NCBI GenBank assembly: GCA_010909165.1
Contig: VJWM01000438.1
Span: forward strand, 1 to 7,056
DNA: 7,056 nt
DNA from: Anthoceros angustus
Lineage: Eukaryota > Plantae > Anthocerotophyta
Reading direction: 5' to 3'
Positions 6,441 to 7,056 of the stretch are shown one piece after another (positions within the stretch are counted from its first letter, which is position 1; each line of letters starts with the position of its first letter). The notes beneath the pieces are model-generated. The model did no database searches. It was given only the letters and a program-made list of their open reading frames with translations, and had not been told where the DNA came from. The position numbers and the translations under genes are program-made.

Positions 6441-7056
6441 TAAAAATTCCCTGTTTACCTATCAAAAATTCGGCAGCCAAAACTGCTGTCGGCAAAGCCC
6501 ATTCGGCTATGTGTGCGGTATGTACAATTTCAATATCATCAATTGTTGAGTGGTACAAAATTTTGTGTGTGCCGGGTGCAGGATCAATTCGCTCTGAAAT
6601 GATACTTAATTCATCTGCGAGGTTTGTAATGGTATTAACCCATTTTTTTTTCGATGGTATTTCCTGCATAATTTGTTCTGCCAATGAAATAGCTGTACCG
6701 CTGGGTGCATCTTTTTTTGTGTATGATGAATTTCTGTAATAGTTACTTCATATTCCGGATGCTGTTTCATTAAATGTGCCAGAAATTTATTTAATTCAAA
6801 AACAGATTAACGCCTATACTGAAGTTGCTGGCATAAATTAATGAACCTTTTTGTTGTATACAAGCCGCTTCTATTGCATGCCATTTTGCTAACCAGCCGG
6901 TTGAACCACAAACTACCGGTGTGCCGCTGTTGATGCATTGCATTACATTGCTGAAGGCGCTGTGGGCCCGTGAACTCAATCGCAACATCTGCTTTCTGTA
7001 AATGTGTGCATTCAATTCATGTGCATTGTTTACATCAATTTTTAGAACAATTTCAT
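6441..7056 (-). CDS. dapB: 4-hydroxy-tetrahydrodipicolinate reductase (Bacteroidota, Chitinophagaceae-like); 5' end outside window, last few codons replaced by copia DNA; several indels
   Basis: Reconstructed: EIVLKIDVNNAHELNAH.LQKADVAIEFTGP.SAFSNVMQCINSGTPVVCGSTGW...LIYASNFSIGVNLF.ELNKFLAHLMKQHPEYEVTITEIHHTQKKDAPSGTAISLAEQI...SERIDPAPGTHKILYHSTIDDIEIVHTAHSRMGFA..AVLAAEFLIGKQGIF. It contains the DapB signatures ASNFSIGVN and EIHHxxKxDAPSGTA. The short form with RIDPAPGTH and HTAH.R.GFA resembles Bacteroidota homologues as I recall them. Confidence 0.95.

Noticed and set aside
6400-6441. Restriction-ligation (Hi-C/Pore-C type) origin of the dapB/copia junction
   Set aside because: The nearest GATC is at 6400-6403, but copia homology continues past it to ~6437; no GATC, CATG or AAGCTT lies at the actual switch point.
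6360-6684. A functional DapB-RT fusion protein
   Set aside because: As read, the dapB frame hits TGA (6438-6436) immediately at the junction, the RT frame is offset, and the join has no feature suggesting selection.
5721-6739. Plus-strand ORFs 5721..6068 and 6422..6739
   Set aside because: They are antisense shadows of the copia RT and of dapB, which explain the sequence fully on the minus strand.

Overview
This window is a mosaic of mostly eukaryotic, plant-type repeats with a bacterial gene fragment at the right end. From left to right: (1) 1-~2150, a PIF/Harbinger DNA transposon with a DDE transposase on the minus strand (673-1806, catalytic triad readable) and a probable convergent partner ORF on the plus strand (1-492); (2) ~2156-2990, an unexplained GC-richer block with an exon-like segment and small tandem repeats; (3) ~3200-3720, a ~35-bp minisatellite that flips orientation to form a long hairpin, plus a pair of 28-bp direct repeats; (4) 3805-6440, the 3' half of a Ty1/copia LTR retrotransposon on the minus strand (RT, RNase H, PPT, 3' LTR), whose ~950-bp region between pol and the LTR holds what looks like an antisense, intron-containing gene; (5) 6441-7056, a Bacteroidota-type dapB joined abruptly to the copia RT. 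All recognisable coding regions, plant and bacterial, are broken by 1-2 nt indels, mostly deletions in homopolymers or dinucleotide runs. This suggests an uncorrected long read or unpolished assembly, so the dapB/copia join is most likely a chimera rather than horizontal transfer. The best candidate for new biology is the spliced antisense ORF inside the copia element. All assignments come from manual translation and motif recall; no database search was run.
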